This document shows positions 34,444-43,739 of a stretch of DNA of 43,739 bases, piece after piece. The translations under genes were made by a program, and so were the position numbers. Position 1 is the first letter of the stretch. Each line of letters starts with the position of its first letter. The DNA comes from Candidatus Blackburnbacteria bacterium RIFCSPHIGHO2_12_FULL_44_25 (GTDB lineage: Bacteria > Patescibacteriota > Microgenomatia > UBA8517 > UBA10165), in the NCBI GenBank assembly GCA_001816455.1, contig MHCB01000006.1, positions 1 to 43,739 of the forward strand. Direction: 5' to 3'. A model generated the notes under the pieces. That model searched no databases, was not told the DNA's origin, and saw nothing but the letters and a program-made list of their open reading frames with translations.

Positions 34444-35727
34444 TTATGGAAGAATCTTTTTAACGAGATCTGAGGCGCGACCGACAAGGCCGCGAACAGG
34501 GAGGCCTCCGCGGAAAGTTTTGGAGATTATATTTGCCGGGGACCAAGACATTTCGCGACTCGAAGGGTTTCGGCTTGAGTAAATTAAGAGCCCAACAGCC
34601 GCCGCAAAAACAGGGCTTGAGATTTCCTCTACCAATCCAACAACGCCTTTGGGGGTACCTACTCTTGTAGGAAGTGATAGCATTCGTCTTGCGGATTCTG
34701 CTGCGCCCACGCAAAGCGCGCCTCCACCGGTTATAACAACCCCTGACGGGGTCTTGCCTGCAACCCCGCTATCTGCAAGATTCATCCCTACCATCGTAAA
34801 GACTTCGTTTAGTCGGGGTTTTATTATTCCTTCAACAAGAGTTTTTTCGGAAACCTTTCTGTCTCCCTCTTCAACTCCGTATGACTTTAGATCCAGTTCA
34901 TCGTTGTCTTCTTCGCCTGCCTTCCCTTTCTTTCTTCTATCACCGAGCATGATTTTTATTTTTTCTGCTGAATCAAGGGAGACTCTTAAGCCGGCTGCAA
35001 TATCGTTTGTGACGTTTTTACTACCTATTGGCAGGACTGAGGAATGCGCAATTGAACCTTCTATGTAAACGATAATTGACGTTGTCCCAGCACCCACATC
35101 TACAAGTACAACCCCTAGTTCCCTTTCGGTATCGGAGAGAACAGAGGTTGCCGCGGCAAGGCCTGAAAAAACTAAACCTTGTGGGGTAACACCAACTTCA
35201 GAAACGCTTTTTTGAACATTTTTAACTGCAGTTGTGGAGCCGGTTATCAAATGGGTTTCAACCTCTAGCCGAACACCGCTCATTCCTTCTGGATCTTTTA
35301 CTTGGGTTTCGCCGTCGACTCGGTACTCTTTGGGAATTACATGAAGGATCTCTCGGGCTTCCGGGAGGGAGACTGCGCGAGCTGCTTCTATTACTCGTTC
35401 TATATCCTGCGAACTTATTTCGCCTCCGGGATCGGCTACTGCCACAACCCCATTGGAGTTTCTGGAGTCCACATGTCCCCCACCGATTGTTAGCACTGCC
35501 TGGTCCAGGTTATAGCCAGCCATGCGTTCTGCTTGCTCTACAGATTCAATAATTGAAGACGCGGCTTCGTCTATATCGACGATTTGACCTTTTCGAACAC
35601 CTTTTGACGGAACGCTTCCAACACCGGAAATACTAAGTTTGTCTTCCAGCTCGTCGTATTGAGCAATCAATGACGCGATCTTTGCTGATCCTATGTCGAT
35701 TCCTGCGAGAACTTTAGGTTTGGCCAT
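34444..35727 (-). CDS. ftsA: Cell division protein FtsA
   Basis: GIDIGSAKI, GVRKGQIVDI, VDVGAGTT, GVVITGGGA; SD AGGAGG. Confidence 0.96.
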   Translation of the reverse strand: MAKPKVLAGIDIGSAKIASLIAQYDELEDKLSISGVGSVPSKGVRKGQIVDIDEAASSIIESVEQAERMAGYNLDQAVLTIGGGHVDSRNSNGVVAVADPGGEISSQDIERVIEAARAVSLPEAREILHVIPKEYRVDGETQVKDPEGMSGVRLEVETHLITGSTTAVKNVQKSVSEVGVTPQGLVFSGLAAATSVLSDTERELGVVLVDVGAGTTSIIVYIEGSIAHSSVLPIGSKNVTNDIAAGLRVSLDSAEKIKIMLGDRRKKGKAGEEDNDELDLKSYGVEEGDRKVSEKTLVEGIIKPRLNEVFTMVGMNLADSGVAGKTPSGVVITGGGALCVGAAESARRMLSLPTRVGTPKGVVGLVEEISSPVFAAAVGLLIYSSRNPSSREMSWSPANIISKTFRGGLPVRGLVGRASDLVKKILP

Positions 35728-35754
35728 AAAATTAATACTCCTCCTTTAAAAACA

Positions 35755-36450
35755 CTAATATGTTAGTACAGGATTTTTGTAGCGCAAGTCAACTGAGACG
35801 GGCACTTTATTATCCATTTTAGTCCGGGTTAGGATTAGTTGTAAAGCTCCGGTGAGAAGAGTTGGATCAAGGTCCACAGGATAAGTTACAATTAGTGCCG
35901 GAAGTACTATTTCTAAACGGTCCCTAAAGAGCGTGGCTTTCCTGACTTCGTCGATTTTGGACGTTAACTTGACGAGCTTTCCTGATGTTACTACCCGGGA
36001 ATCTACTTTTTCGCCTACGACTGGGGTTTTGTAGTCTGTACTTAATACTAAGCTTGGTAATGCGGTGTTTCTTGCGAACGATAGGACTGTTCCGTTGGAG
36101 TCGACCACAAAAAACCCTTCACCGATCCCCTCTTTTTTTAAGGCGATGTAGCCTTTTCGTTTTTGGATGACAACTTCGATGGTACTCGGGAAAACTCTTT
36201 GAATAAAAACTTCTTCATTTTTAAACCTCTGGAGGAGTTTTTCTTTTAAGCGCTTTGCATTGAAAGTTATTATGTTTTCTCCAAGTGCGGAGTTGGTTAT
36301 CTTTAAGTCCTCCTCCTCGCAAGGTCCATATTGTGTTTTGCATTCGATACGTCTTGCCTCAAGAAATTTCGCGTTCGTTATGTTTTCCCGCATTATCCAA
36401 AGGAGGCTGAATGAGAGTGGGACAGACAGCAGGAGTAGTTTTTTCTTCAT
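35755..36450 (-). CDS. ftsQ: FtsQ/DivIB-like cell division protein
   Basis: N-terminal TM, POTRA-like QRVFPSTIEV, C-terminal VDLRYKNPV; lies between murG and ftsA. Confidence 0.75.
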   Translation of the reverse strand: MKKKLLLLSVPLSFSLLWIMRENITNAKFLEARRIECKTQYGPCEEEDLKITNSALGENIITFNAKRLKEKLLQRFKNEEVFIQRVFPSTIEVVIQKRKGYIALKKEGIGEGFFVVDSNGTVLSFARNTALPSLVLSTDYKTPVVGEKVDSRVVTSGKLVKLTSKIDEVRKATLFRDRLEIVLPALIVTYPVDLDPTLLTGALQLILTRTKMDNKVPVSVDLRYKNPVLTY

Positions 36451-37523
36451 TTACGGGATACAGAAAAAGTAAGGTCTGCTAGATTTTCTGCTGCGTGTGG
36501 ATTTGCCAGTTTCTTTGCTTTCCCAGCATTCTTTTTAAAACTGGAGTAGTTTTTTGCAATGTTTTTTATTGTTTTTAAAAGTTTTTGGGGAGAGAGTTCT
36601 TCTTCTCTAAGCACAACTCCTAAACCTGTTTCTTCAAAGGCACGAGCATTTTTAAGTTGTTCTCCTCCGCCCGACCATGGAAGAGGAATAAATATGGTAG
36701 GCACGCCAAGGGCGGCAAGTTCTACAACAGTATTTGCTCCGGAACGAGATATTGCTAAGTCTATTATTGGAAAAATTTCCTCTCCTCTAAAACTACTTAA
36801 CACCTGGTATTTTTTTTGGAGTGTCTTTGGGAGTTCACCCCAAATCTTGACCATTTCGTCAAAATCCAGAGACCCTGTTTGGTGAATTACCTTGAATTCT
36901 TTTAAGAGTTTCACAACTATTTCCCCAACTGCCAGGTTGATGTTGTGCGAACCGCGGCTCCCTCCGGTTATAAAAATGGTTAGGGGTTTTTGGGGAAGTT
37001 TTTTCTTTTTGGCAATTTCAAATACTAGTTTCCTTGTTGGATTCCCAGTCAAGACGATCTTGTCGTTCTTGTTTTCAGAAGGGAAGGTTACGGCGACTTT
37101 TTTCGCAAAGTTTGCGATTATTTTGTTTGCCAATCCGGCGACTGTTGTCTGTTCGTGGGTTACGATAGGGATCCCCAGCACAGCAGCTGCCAGAGTTGGC
37201 GGAACGGCCACATAGCTTCCGAAGGATAAAAGGACGTGAGGTCGAATTTTCGAAAAATAAATCAAACTTTGAAAAAAGCCTATTGCCAGCTTCCAAGAAT
37301 TAAGGATAGTTTTTAAGGAGTCGTTTCTTTGGAGCTTGCAGGAGGTTATTGAGAAGAAAGGAATTCCCAAAGCGGGAATTACTTGGTATTCCAGTGTTTG
37401 ATTCTTTTGTCCTACAAAAGCTCTTTTTTCTCCGAACCAAAAAACCTCCGCGTCTCTATCCCGCAAGACTTCAATTGTGGCTAGGGCCGGAGTCAGGTGT
37501 CCTCCCGTAATAACTACGCGCAT
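36447..37523 (-). CDS. murG: Undecaprenyl-PP-MurNAc-pentapeptide GlcNAc transferase
   Basis: TGGHLTPA, HEQT..AGLAN, TGNP.R, TGGSRGS, SRSGANT, EQLKNA. Confidence 0.95.
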   Translation of the reverse strand: MRVVITGGHLTPALATIEVLRDRDAEVFWFGEKRAFVGQKNQTLEYQVIPALGIPFFSITSCKLQRNDSLKTILNSWKLAIGFFQSLIYFSKIRPHVLLSFGSYVAVPPTLAAAVLGIPIVTHEQTTVAGLANKIIANFAKKVAVTFPSENKNDKIVLTGNPTRKLVFEIAKKKKLPQKPLTIFITGGSRGSHNINLAVGEIVVKLLKEFKVIHQTGSLDFDEMVKIWGELPKTLQKKYQVLSSFRGEEIFPIIDLAISRSGANTVVELAALGVPTIFIPLPWSGGGEQLKNARAFEETGLGVVLREEELSPQKLLKTIKNIAKNYSSFKKNAGKAKKLANPHAAENLADLTFSVSRK

Positions 37524-37659
37524 ATTTGTTATATTCTACAGTAGTTTAGGGTGTAGGTTTGGAAGCTCGTATGGTGAGGGGGTTTCGTTAAACGGCTTTA
37601 CACCTTTACCCTTCAGCCTTTTTCCATACTAGCTTCGATACCCTTTAACTCCTCACTGT

Positions 37660-38754
37660 TTAGCGTGTTTTGCCCGCGTGCTTGGATATATTGAGAAGGA
37701 TTCCGATTGCACAAAATGAAACAAACAAGGACGAGCCCCCGTAGGAGATAAAAGGTAATGGAATTCCAGTTAGAGGGACAAGCGCTACCATTGCGGAAAG
37801 ATTAATAAAAGCTTGAATTGCAATCCAGGCGGTAATACCCGTTGCGAGGAGTTTCCCAAAAGGATCGTTAACACGGGCAGCTATAGATAACCCTCTCACA
37901 ATAAGAAAGAGAAAAACTGCAATCACAAGGCTTGCTCCGATAAACCCTAGTTCTTCTGCGATTACTGCAAATATGGAATCTGTTGCCGGCTCGGGCAGAA
38001 ACAAGTGCTTTTGCCTAGACTGCCCCAAACCTCTGCCCCACAATCCTCCGGAACCTAGCGCAATTAGAATTTGGCGTACATGATAGGAGCTATTGACCGG
38101 ATCGGAATGAGGGTTGAGGTAGGTAATGATCCTTTCTCTTCTGTAGCCTGAGGTCAACGCCAAGATAAGACCCAGGATTCCTCCTGAGGCACAAAGGCTG
38201 AAAAATTGCATTAGCGGTGCTCCGCTGGCAAAGTAGATTGTTAAGGCAATTCCGGCAGTTATAATCGTAGTTCCAAGATCCGGCTCAACCACGATAAGAA
38301 GGCATGTTAGGCCTGTTGGGACTATAAAACGAAGTAGTGAGTTCTTTTTGGAAAGAGAAGCTGCAAGAAAGATTGTTAGGGTAAGTTTTGCCAATTCTGC
38401 TGGTTGAATCCCAAAGAAGCCTAATGCCAAACGTCTACTTGCTCCTAGGGTTGAAATACCGACCCCGGGTATCAAGACCAACACAAGAAGGAAAAGGGTT
38501 GCCCCAAGGAGAGGAACACTTAGTTTCTCGTAAACCTTGTAATTGACTTGAGAGAGTATGAGCATGCAAAGCATCCCAAGGGTCGCCCACATTACCTGGC
38601 GTTTAAGATAAAAGAAGGAATCATCAAAGGTTTTGGCTCCATCTGCTGCAGAAGCATTAAAAACCATGGCCAACCCAAAGATGGATAAACCTACTGCGGC
38701 AAGAAGGAGGGGTTTGTCAAAGGATATTTTCTGGGGACGAAGAGACAGTTTCAT
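37660..38754 (-). CDS. ftsW: SEDS-family peptidoglycan polymerase FtsW
   Basis: QPAELAK, EPDLG, GLGQSRQK..FLPEPATDSIF, PLTGIPLPFISYGGS; lies between mraY and murG. Confidence 0.93.
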   Translation of the reverse strand: MKLSLRPQKISFDKPLLLAAVGLSIFGLAMVFNASAADGAKTFDDSFFYLKRQVMWATLGMLCMLILSQVNYKVYEKLSVPLLGATLFLLVLVLIPGVGISTLGASRRLALGFFGIQPAELAKLTLTIFLAASLSKKNSLLRFIVPTGLTCLLIVVEPDLGTTIITAGIALTIYFASGAPLMQFFSLCASGGILGLILALTSGYRRERIITYLNPHSDPVNSSYHVRQILIALGSGGLWGRGLGQSRQKHLFLPEPATDSIFAVIAEELGFIGASLVIAVFLFLIVRGLSIAARVNDPFGKLLATGITAWIAIQAFINLSAMVALVPLTGIPLPFISYGGSSLFVSFCAIGILLNISKHAGKTR

Positions 38755-38791
38755 GGGTAGACATTTTTACCTTCTTTGTTTAGGCTTGTGC

Positions 38792-39847
38792 CTAAATGAA
38801 AGCCAACCAGAGACCGAGGATTGCTAATACAAGGCCCGCGAGCCATGCTCTGATCACAATCTTGGGTTCTTCCCATCCTATTGCTAGGAGCGCATGGTGG
38901 AGCGGAGCGAGGGGAAGAATGGGCCTTTTAAGGATTTTCCAACCCAGGATTTGTACAGCAGAGGAGGCTACTTCTAAAACAAAGAGTCCTCCAATAATGA
39001 CAAGTGCGACAATGCTCCCTGTTAGTAAACCCATTACCCCAAGCATTGCTCCAAAGGATAGGGCTCCTGTGTCCCCAAGAAAAATTCTTGCAGGCCAGAC
39101 ATTGAAGTAGAGAAAGGCGATTAGGGCGCCGATCCAAAGAGAAAGAAAAACAGATAAAGGGGTGTCTAAGCTCTCTGAGGCGATTATTATGAAAGCCAAC
39201 AAACAAATCATAAGAAGGCCCGATGCTAACCCATCGAGGCCGTCTGTAATGTTGAAGGCGTTACTAAAGGAAACAATCACAAACGCGCCAAAGGGGACGT
39301 AAAGCCATCCGAGGTCTATTACTTGGTTTAATAGCGGGATGTGGAGTATGTGGATTCCTAAAAATTTGTAGATAACAAAACTGAGAATTGTGGCTAAGAT
39401 GCATTGAAGGGTAAACTTCACTCTCCGAGACAGACCAAACCAGATCCCGATACTTCCGGCTTTTCCCTTTCCAAAGATTTTAAGAAGATCGTCAGACAAT
39501 CCCAGGAAACCAAAGGAGATAAACGTAAAAAAGATAACAAAGAGCTCCATGTGGGGGGGGTAGGCTGTTTCGATAAAAACTCCCAGGTAGGATACGAGTG
39601 GAAAAACAATTGCAAACAAAGATGAGACGGCAGCTATTAATAAGATTCCTCCTCCAACAGGAGTACCAGCTTTTCCGTCGTGGAGCCTATCAAAGAGTGG
39701 AATCTTTCCTTTTTTGGGAGCTTCGACACGGCGTGTGAGTTTCAAGGAATAAAGAAGGTTGATAAATGGGATTACCAAGACCCCGGTTATTAAGAAGGAA
39801 AAAAGTATAAGTCCAAGGGCAATGGGGAGCATGTTATATGTGGTCAC
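38792..39847 (-). CDS. mraY: Phospho-N-acetylmuramoyl-pentapeptide transferase
   Basis: KAGTPVGGG, DDLLK, NAFNITDGLDGL, FLGDTG, APLHH. Confidence 0.94.
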   Translation of the reverse strand: MTTYNMLPIALGLILFSFLITGVLVIPFINLLYSLKLTRRVEAPKKGKIPLFDRLHDGKAGTPVGGGILLIAAVSSLFAIVFPLVSYLGVFIETAYPPHMELFVIFFTFISFGFLGLSDDLLKIFGKGKAGSIGIWFGLSRRVKFTLQCILATILSFVIYKFLGIHILHIPLLNQVIDLGWLYVPFGAFVIVSFSNAFNITDGLDGLASGLLMICLLAFIIIASESLDTPLSVFLSLWIGALIAFLYFNVWPARIFLGDTGALSFGAMLGVMGLLTGSIVALVIIGGLFVLEVASSAVQILGWKILKRPILPLAPLHHALLAIGWEEPKIVIRAWLAGLVLAILGLWLAFI

Positions 39848-39874
39848 TTTTAAAGATTATATGCCAATCGCGAA

Positions 39875-40900
39875 CTAAAGTCGCCTTGTGATTCGACGTA
39901 GTGTTTCAAAAATATAGGTCAGCCAGTAAAATGGGCTTACTGGTAAATCTTGGGCGTGAAGCCAGTCGATTCTTTCTCCACCGAAACCTTTTTTAAAGGT
40001 TGTTACCCCCGCAAACCTGTGCTTTGGATTATCGCTTGGGGCAATACCCCAAAAATTGTAGGTCCGGGCATTTCTTTTTTTGGCTTCTTTGATAATATGC
40101 CATTGAAGAAAGTAGGAAAAAGGGACTTTGGGATATTTAATAAGGGTTGATGCGCTGTGGTGATAATAGGCGATATGGCCATAAAAAATAATGATTGCTG
40201 CTGCTAGTACATCTTTCCCATATTTGCACACGAACAGACTCCCTTCTTGGTTTTCTTTGAATGACGCGAGTTCTGCCTCAAATAGTTTTTTAGGGTATGG
40301 GGAGAATTTGTGTCTTGCGGCGGTTTCTTTCTGGAGGGTACAGAGTATTTCTGCTCCGTTGGGGTGTGTATATTCCTCAAATGTGAGGTTCTCTTTTAAA
40401 CTTTGACGGATTAAATATCTTGTTGTCTTTCGCATTCCTTGTAGAAGCGTTTCCTCCTCGGGAGTTATATCTAAAACCCAAGTATTTTCGGCGTGAAGAT
40501 GCATTGGGGCCGGAAGGAACCCTAACTTAAGAAATGCTTTCTTGCTCCCAAAACTATCTGGGACTTCGGGACGGATCCTTATAAACCACACCTTCTCTTT
40601 TTGAGCAAGATCTCTTATATGGTCAACTACAAACTTCACCAGTCTCTGGTTGGACCAATCGAGGAGTGGCCCTCCGGGGATTAACAGATAAGGGCCACGT
40701 CTTGCCTTTTCCTTAATGATTTGCGCAACTCCGACTGTTTTATCATCTTGGCAAAACCCTAGTCGTATCACCTTTGCTCCTACTCCAACGTTTGTTTGAC
40801 CCCAGCTCCAACCTTGTAAAAAAGTTTGTGGGGCAAAGGATAGTACGGCTTTTTCCCACTCATCTCTATTTTCAATTGATTTTACTGAGTAATTAGCCAT
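39875..40900 (-). CDS. FemABX-family peptidoglycan bridge aminoacyltransferase
   Basis: FLQGWSWG, GGPLLD, MRKTTRYLIR, YNFWGI, GVTTFKKGFGG. Confidence 0.9.
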   Translation of the reverse strand: MANYSVKSIENRDEWEKAVLSFAPQTFLQGWSWGQTNVGVGAKVIRLGFCQDDKTVGVAQIIKEKARRGPYLLIPGGPLLDWSNQRLVKFVVDHIRDLAQKEKVWFIRIRPEVPDSFGSKKAFLKLGFLPAPMHLHAENTWVLDITPEEETLLQGMRKTTRYLIRQSLKENLTFEEYTHPNGAEILCTLQKETAARHKFSPYPKKLFEAELASFKENQEGSLFVCKYGKDVLAAAIIIFYGHIAYYHHSASTLIKYPKVPFSYFLQWHIIKEAKKRNARTYNFWGIAPSDNPKHRFAGVTTFKKGFGGERIDWLHAQDLPVSPFYWLTYIFETLRRITRRL

Positions 40901-42126
40901 TCCTTGATAGTATGAACAACTTTTTCTGCGTCCTTTAGTGCAAGTGTGGGGTAAGTGGGAAGGTTCACTATATGTCGGCTAGCATGTTCTGCGTTGGGAC
41001 AACTTCCCCGTTCATACCCAACAACGGTTGGATCAGGGCAGGGGGCAATTATTTCTTTATACCAGTCTCCCACTAGTACTCCCCGCTTTTTTGCAAAGTG
41101 CATAAGTCCTTGGGCATTTTTTACTCTTATCGGAAAACGTAACCAGACCTGATTACCAAGAGGCGGAAGTTCTATGTTTTTTTTGTTTCTAAGACTTCTA
41201 AAGTAATAGTCTGCGATTCTCTTCCTGTGTGTATTAAATCTATTTAATTTCTTAAACTGGTTTTTTGCAAGGATAGCAAGCATCGGTGGCAATTTTTGTG
41301 GGAATACTTTTGGATGTTTCCCTTGTTTTTCGGAAGCGTATACTGCACGCGACAGAAGATTAAGTTTTTGCAATCCGAGAAGTAGGAGTTTACCTAAACC
41401 TGAGGAATAAACTGGTAAAATTACTGAAAAGGCTATTGGGTGGAGAAGTTGTTGAAGCGACCACAGTAGATTGGGTTGAAAGAGATTGTCTGTTTCGTTC
41501 TTTAACCTATTAAATAAGGTTTCCTTTGAATTATTTACTAGAATCATTCCACCGAATACAGATGAAATGACTTTATCCCGACCGAAACTGAAAAAAGAAA
41601 CGTCGCCAAGAGTTCCAATCTTTTTTGTTTGCCACGAACCCCCTAAGGAATGCGCGCAATCTTCAACTAGGGCTATATCTTTTCCGCGAATTACCTCTTT
41701 AATCCTCTCAAGGTTTGCACTTATGCCAAAGGTATGTTGAACGATTATTGCCTTGGTTCTTTTTGTAATTTTTTTCTCTAGGTCTTGCGGATCAATGTTG
41801 TAGTTATTATCAATGTCCACATAAACTGGGGTTGCCCTTAACCAACGAACAGAGTTAGGAACTGCGACACAGGTAAAAGCTTGAACTATCACTTCATCTC
41901 TTTCTTTAATGCCTAAGGCTTTTAATATTAGGTATTCAGCACCTCTTCCGCTGTTGACCGCAAGAGCATGGTAATGGTTGCCATAGAGGCCAGCAAACTC
42001 TTTTTCTAGTTTCTCAACCTCTGCATTATTAAACCACTTGAATGGGTTGATGAGAGTTTTTACTGCCAGTAGTACATCGTCTCTCTCATAGTTTGGGGCT
42101 AGAGAAATTGCAATTGGTCTTCTCAT
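40882..42126 (-). CDS. DegT/DnrJ/EryC1/StrS-family PLP aminotransferase
   Basis: NSGRGA, QAFTCVAV, VQHTFG, EDCAHSLG, FSFGRDK (PLP Lys), NLPTYP. Confidence 0.88.
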   Translation of the reverse strand: MRRPIAISLAPNYERDDVLLAVKTLINPFKWFNNAEVEKLEKEFAGLYGNHYHALAVNSGRGAEYLILKALGIKERDEVIVQAFTCVAVPNSVRWLRATPVYVDIDNNYNIDPQDLEKKITKRTKAIIVQHTFGISANLERIKEVIRGKDIALVEDCAHSLGGSWQTKKIGTLGDVSFFSFGRDKVISSVFGGMILVNNSKETLFNRLKNETDNLFQPNLLWSLQQLLHPIAFSVILPVYSSGLGKLLLLGLQKLNLLSRAVYASEKQGKHPKVFPQKLPPMLAILAKNQFKKLNRFNTHRKRIADYYFRSLRNKKNIELPPLGNQVWLRFPIRVKNAQGLMHFAKKRGVLVGDWYKEIIAPCPDPTVVGYERGSCPNAEHASRHIVNLPTYPTLALKDAEKVVHTIKEWLITQ

Positions 42127-43730
42127 TGTTTCTCTCTTTCGGTTTCCTTTTGTACCGCTTTATTGACGCTTGCGGGCATTCGTCCCTCAAGAAGTATTGC
42201 GCAGTCAAGCCGTAGATAATACTTTATTTTCTCTGCGAGTCTGTTGGGGTTTGTAACAACTACTAGTTTCTTCGAATTATCTCCTAAGCCTGCCAGAATA
42301 CCTTCTTTGGCATCGGAGTTGGTAAGTATTATTTCATCTGCAATTTGCCCCAACTTCTTTCCTATTTCTTCGTGGACTTGATATGTTGTTTTTCCCAGTT
42401 CAATTATTCCAGTCATAAAAACAATTCTTCTTTTTTTAAACATCTTGAGATGATCTAGGGCGGCAACAAAAGCATGAGGGGTGGAGTTATAGGAGTCGTC
42501 TACCAGTATACCTTTTGAGGGGAGATTTTGGGTTCGCATTGCTCTTCCTGACAAATCTAGGGTTTTTACCCCTTTTTCAATTTGCTGCCAATTGACTCCG
42601 AGTTTTTTTGCAACGAGAATTGCTGCTCCCAAGTTTTGTAATAAATGTGGGCTTGGAATAAGGGTCTCCATTGTCTTCTTAATCCTGCCGTAATGAACGG
42701 TTATTGTGCTGCCGGTCAGAGAAATCTTTTCGATTTTAAGTCTCAGGTCCGCTTTTCGTTTTTGATTATCTCTATCTAAAACCTGGCAGACAAAAACCTC
42801 TCTCCCGTCTCTTCTTGCCCACTCAAGCATTTCCAGGCAGTCGGTATTGTTTCCATTGAATATAGCTTGTCCGTTTTTGGGAAGAGCTTGTATGAGTTCA
42901 TATTTTGCCTCTTTGATGTTTTGAAGTGAACCAAACAGGGCAAGATGTTGAGGTTCGATTCCTGTTATGACTCCAATTTGCGGTTTGACAATATCCGCCA
43001 CTGTTTTTATCTCCCCTTTTTTGTATGCTCCCATTTCGACAACAAAGATTTTTGTGTCGCGAGATAGGTTTGCTGTTTTTCTGGCAACTCCTACGGGGGT
43101 GTTTTGACTAGTTGGGGTTTTTTCTACCTGGTATTTTTGGGACAATAATGACGCAATAAAGTCTTTGGTCGTTGTTTTCCCATAGCTTCCTGTAACTCCT
43201 ATTACAATTGGTTTAACTATCGAAAGTCTATACATTGCTTTATTGATAACTTTTGTTTTCGATCTCTCAACAAGTGGTCTGGACCATAGGATTCCCACCA
43301 CAGGAAGGCCGAGCAGCAAGATTTCTCCAAAAGCGAGATTTGAGGCGATGATCCCGGACTGGTAACTCAAGAATACGATAAGAAACATTCCAAACAGGGT
43401 TGTTAGAAAGAGTTCAATTGCGCGAAGTGTGAAAATTGGTTTTCTTAACTGGCGGAGGAACACTTCTCTAATTAACTTAAGGTTGAGCCAAGTAAATAAC
43501 AATAAAGCGGGATAATAAATACCCAAAAATAACGCTAGAAGGAGACATGTAAATTTGGTGATTATTAGGTTAATCTCAAGATTTTTTTTGCCTTCCTTAC
43601 TTTCTAAAAGCAAACGAAACCTGTCAAACCGGTATTCTTTGACTTGCCACCAGTAAACCCAGTTTAAGGCCTGTCTTAAGGCTTGCAAACTCCAAAGAAA
43701 AAAGATGATTATTGTAAGTTCTTTGCCCAT
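42123..43730 (-). CDS. murF: Mur ligase, MurF-like, with N-terminal membrane domain
   Basis: GVTGSYGKTTTK, VVEMGA, PQHLALFGS, DDSYNS, ELG; about 150 aa hydrophobic N-terminus. Confidence 0.82.
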   Translation of the reverse strand: MGKELTIIIFFLWSLQALRQALNWVYWWQVKEYRFDRFRLLLESKEGKKNLEINLIITKFTCLLLALFLGIYYPALLLFTWLNLKLIREVFLRQLRKPIFTLRAIELFLTTLFGMFLIVFLSYQSGIIASNLAFGEILLLGLPVVGILWSRPLVERSKTKVINKAMYRLSIVKPIVIGVTGSYGKTTTKDFIASLLSQKYQVEKTPTSQNTPVGVARKTANLSRDTKIFVVEMGAYKKGEIKTVADIVKPQIGVITGIEPQHLALFGSLQNIKEAKYELIQALPKNGQAIFNGNNTDCLEMLEWARRDGREVFVCQVLDRDNQKRKADLRLKIEKISLTGSTITVHYGRIKKTMETLIPSPHLLQNLGAAILVAKKLGVNWQQIEKGVKTLDLSGRAMRTQNLPSKGILVDDSYNSTPHAFVAALDHLKMFKKRRIVFMTGIIELGKTTYQVHEEIGKKLGQIADEIILTNSDAKEGILAGLGDNSKKLVVVTNPNRLAEKIKYYLRLDCAILLEGRMPASVNKAVQKETEREKQ

Positions 43731-43739
43731 GTTTCTATA

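Noticed and set aside
34212-34487. 91-aa ORF overlapping the ftsA end
   Set aside because: It runs through the structured element, has no start signal, and its composition is not protein-like.

Overview
This is a 43.7-kb bacterial chromosome segment in standard code 11. Gene content and style suggest a reduced-genome Patescibacteria/CPR (Microgenomates-like) organism; that assignment is inference. The left part (1-11.2 kb) holds a GT2 fragment, a ferric-reductase-like membrane protein, tRNA-Val(CAC), a Phd/RelE-type TA pair, lepB, parB, rpmA, rplU, rodA, a type-2 ileS with a GVHH motif, a REP-associated tyrosine transposase (RAYT) with matching flanking repeats, and ftsZ. The right part (34.4-43.7 kb) is a cell-wall/division cluster: murF-like, DegT-family aminotransferase, FemAB, mraY, ftsW, murG, ftsQ, ftsA. 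ftsA and ftsZ, normally adjacent, are separated by about 23 kb of mosaic accessory DNA. That region contains (a) large secreted/surface proteins; (b) a prenyl-phosphate cassette (class I isoprenoid-synthase fold, NUDIX, P-loop kinase, cis-prenyltransferase); (c) an AT-rich, tightly packed enzyme cluster (nucleotidyltransferase, DmpG-like aldolase, 2-hydroxyacid dehydrogenase, aminotransferase remnant, PaaK-like CoA ligase, aldehyde dehydrogenase) facing a tyrosyl-tRNA synthetase; and (d) a GC-richer lipase/beta-propeller gene. Two independent repeat families mark module boundaries: three copies of a promoter plus the first codons (MEQANLPQ) of one gene, and three copies of the hairpin ATCACACTTCCGATGTGTGAT (one 5'-truncated). 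Two strongly structured intergenic segments are ncRNA candidates, and many genes look leaderless. All calls come from reading motifs by eye; no database searches were run.
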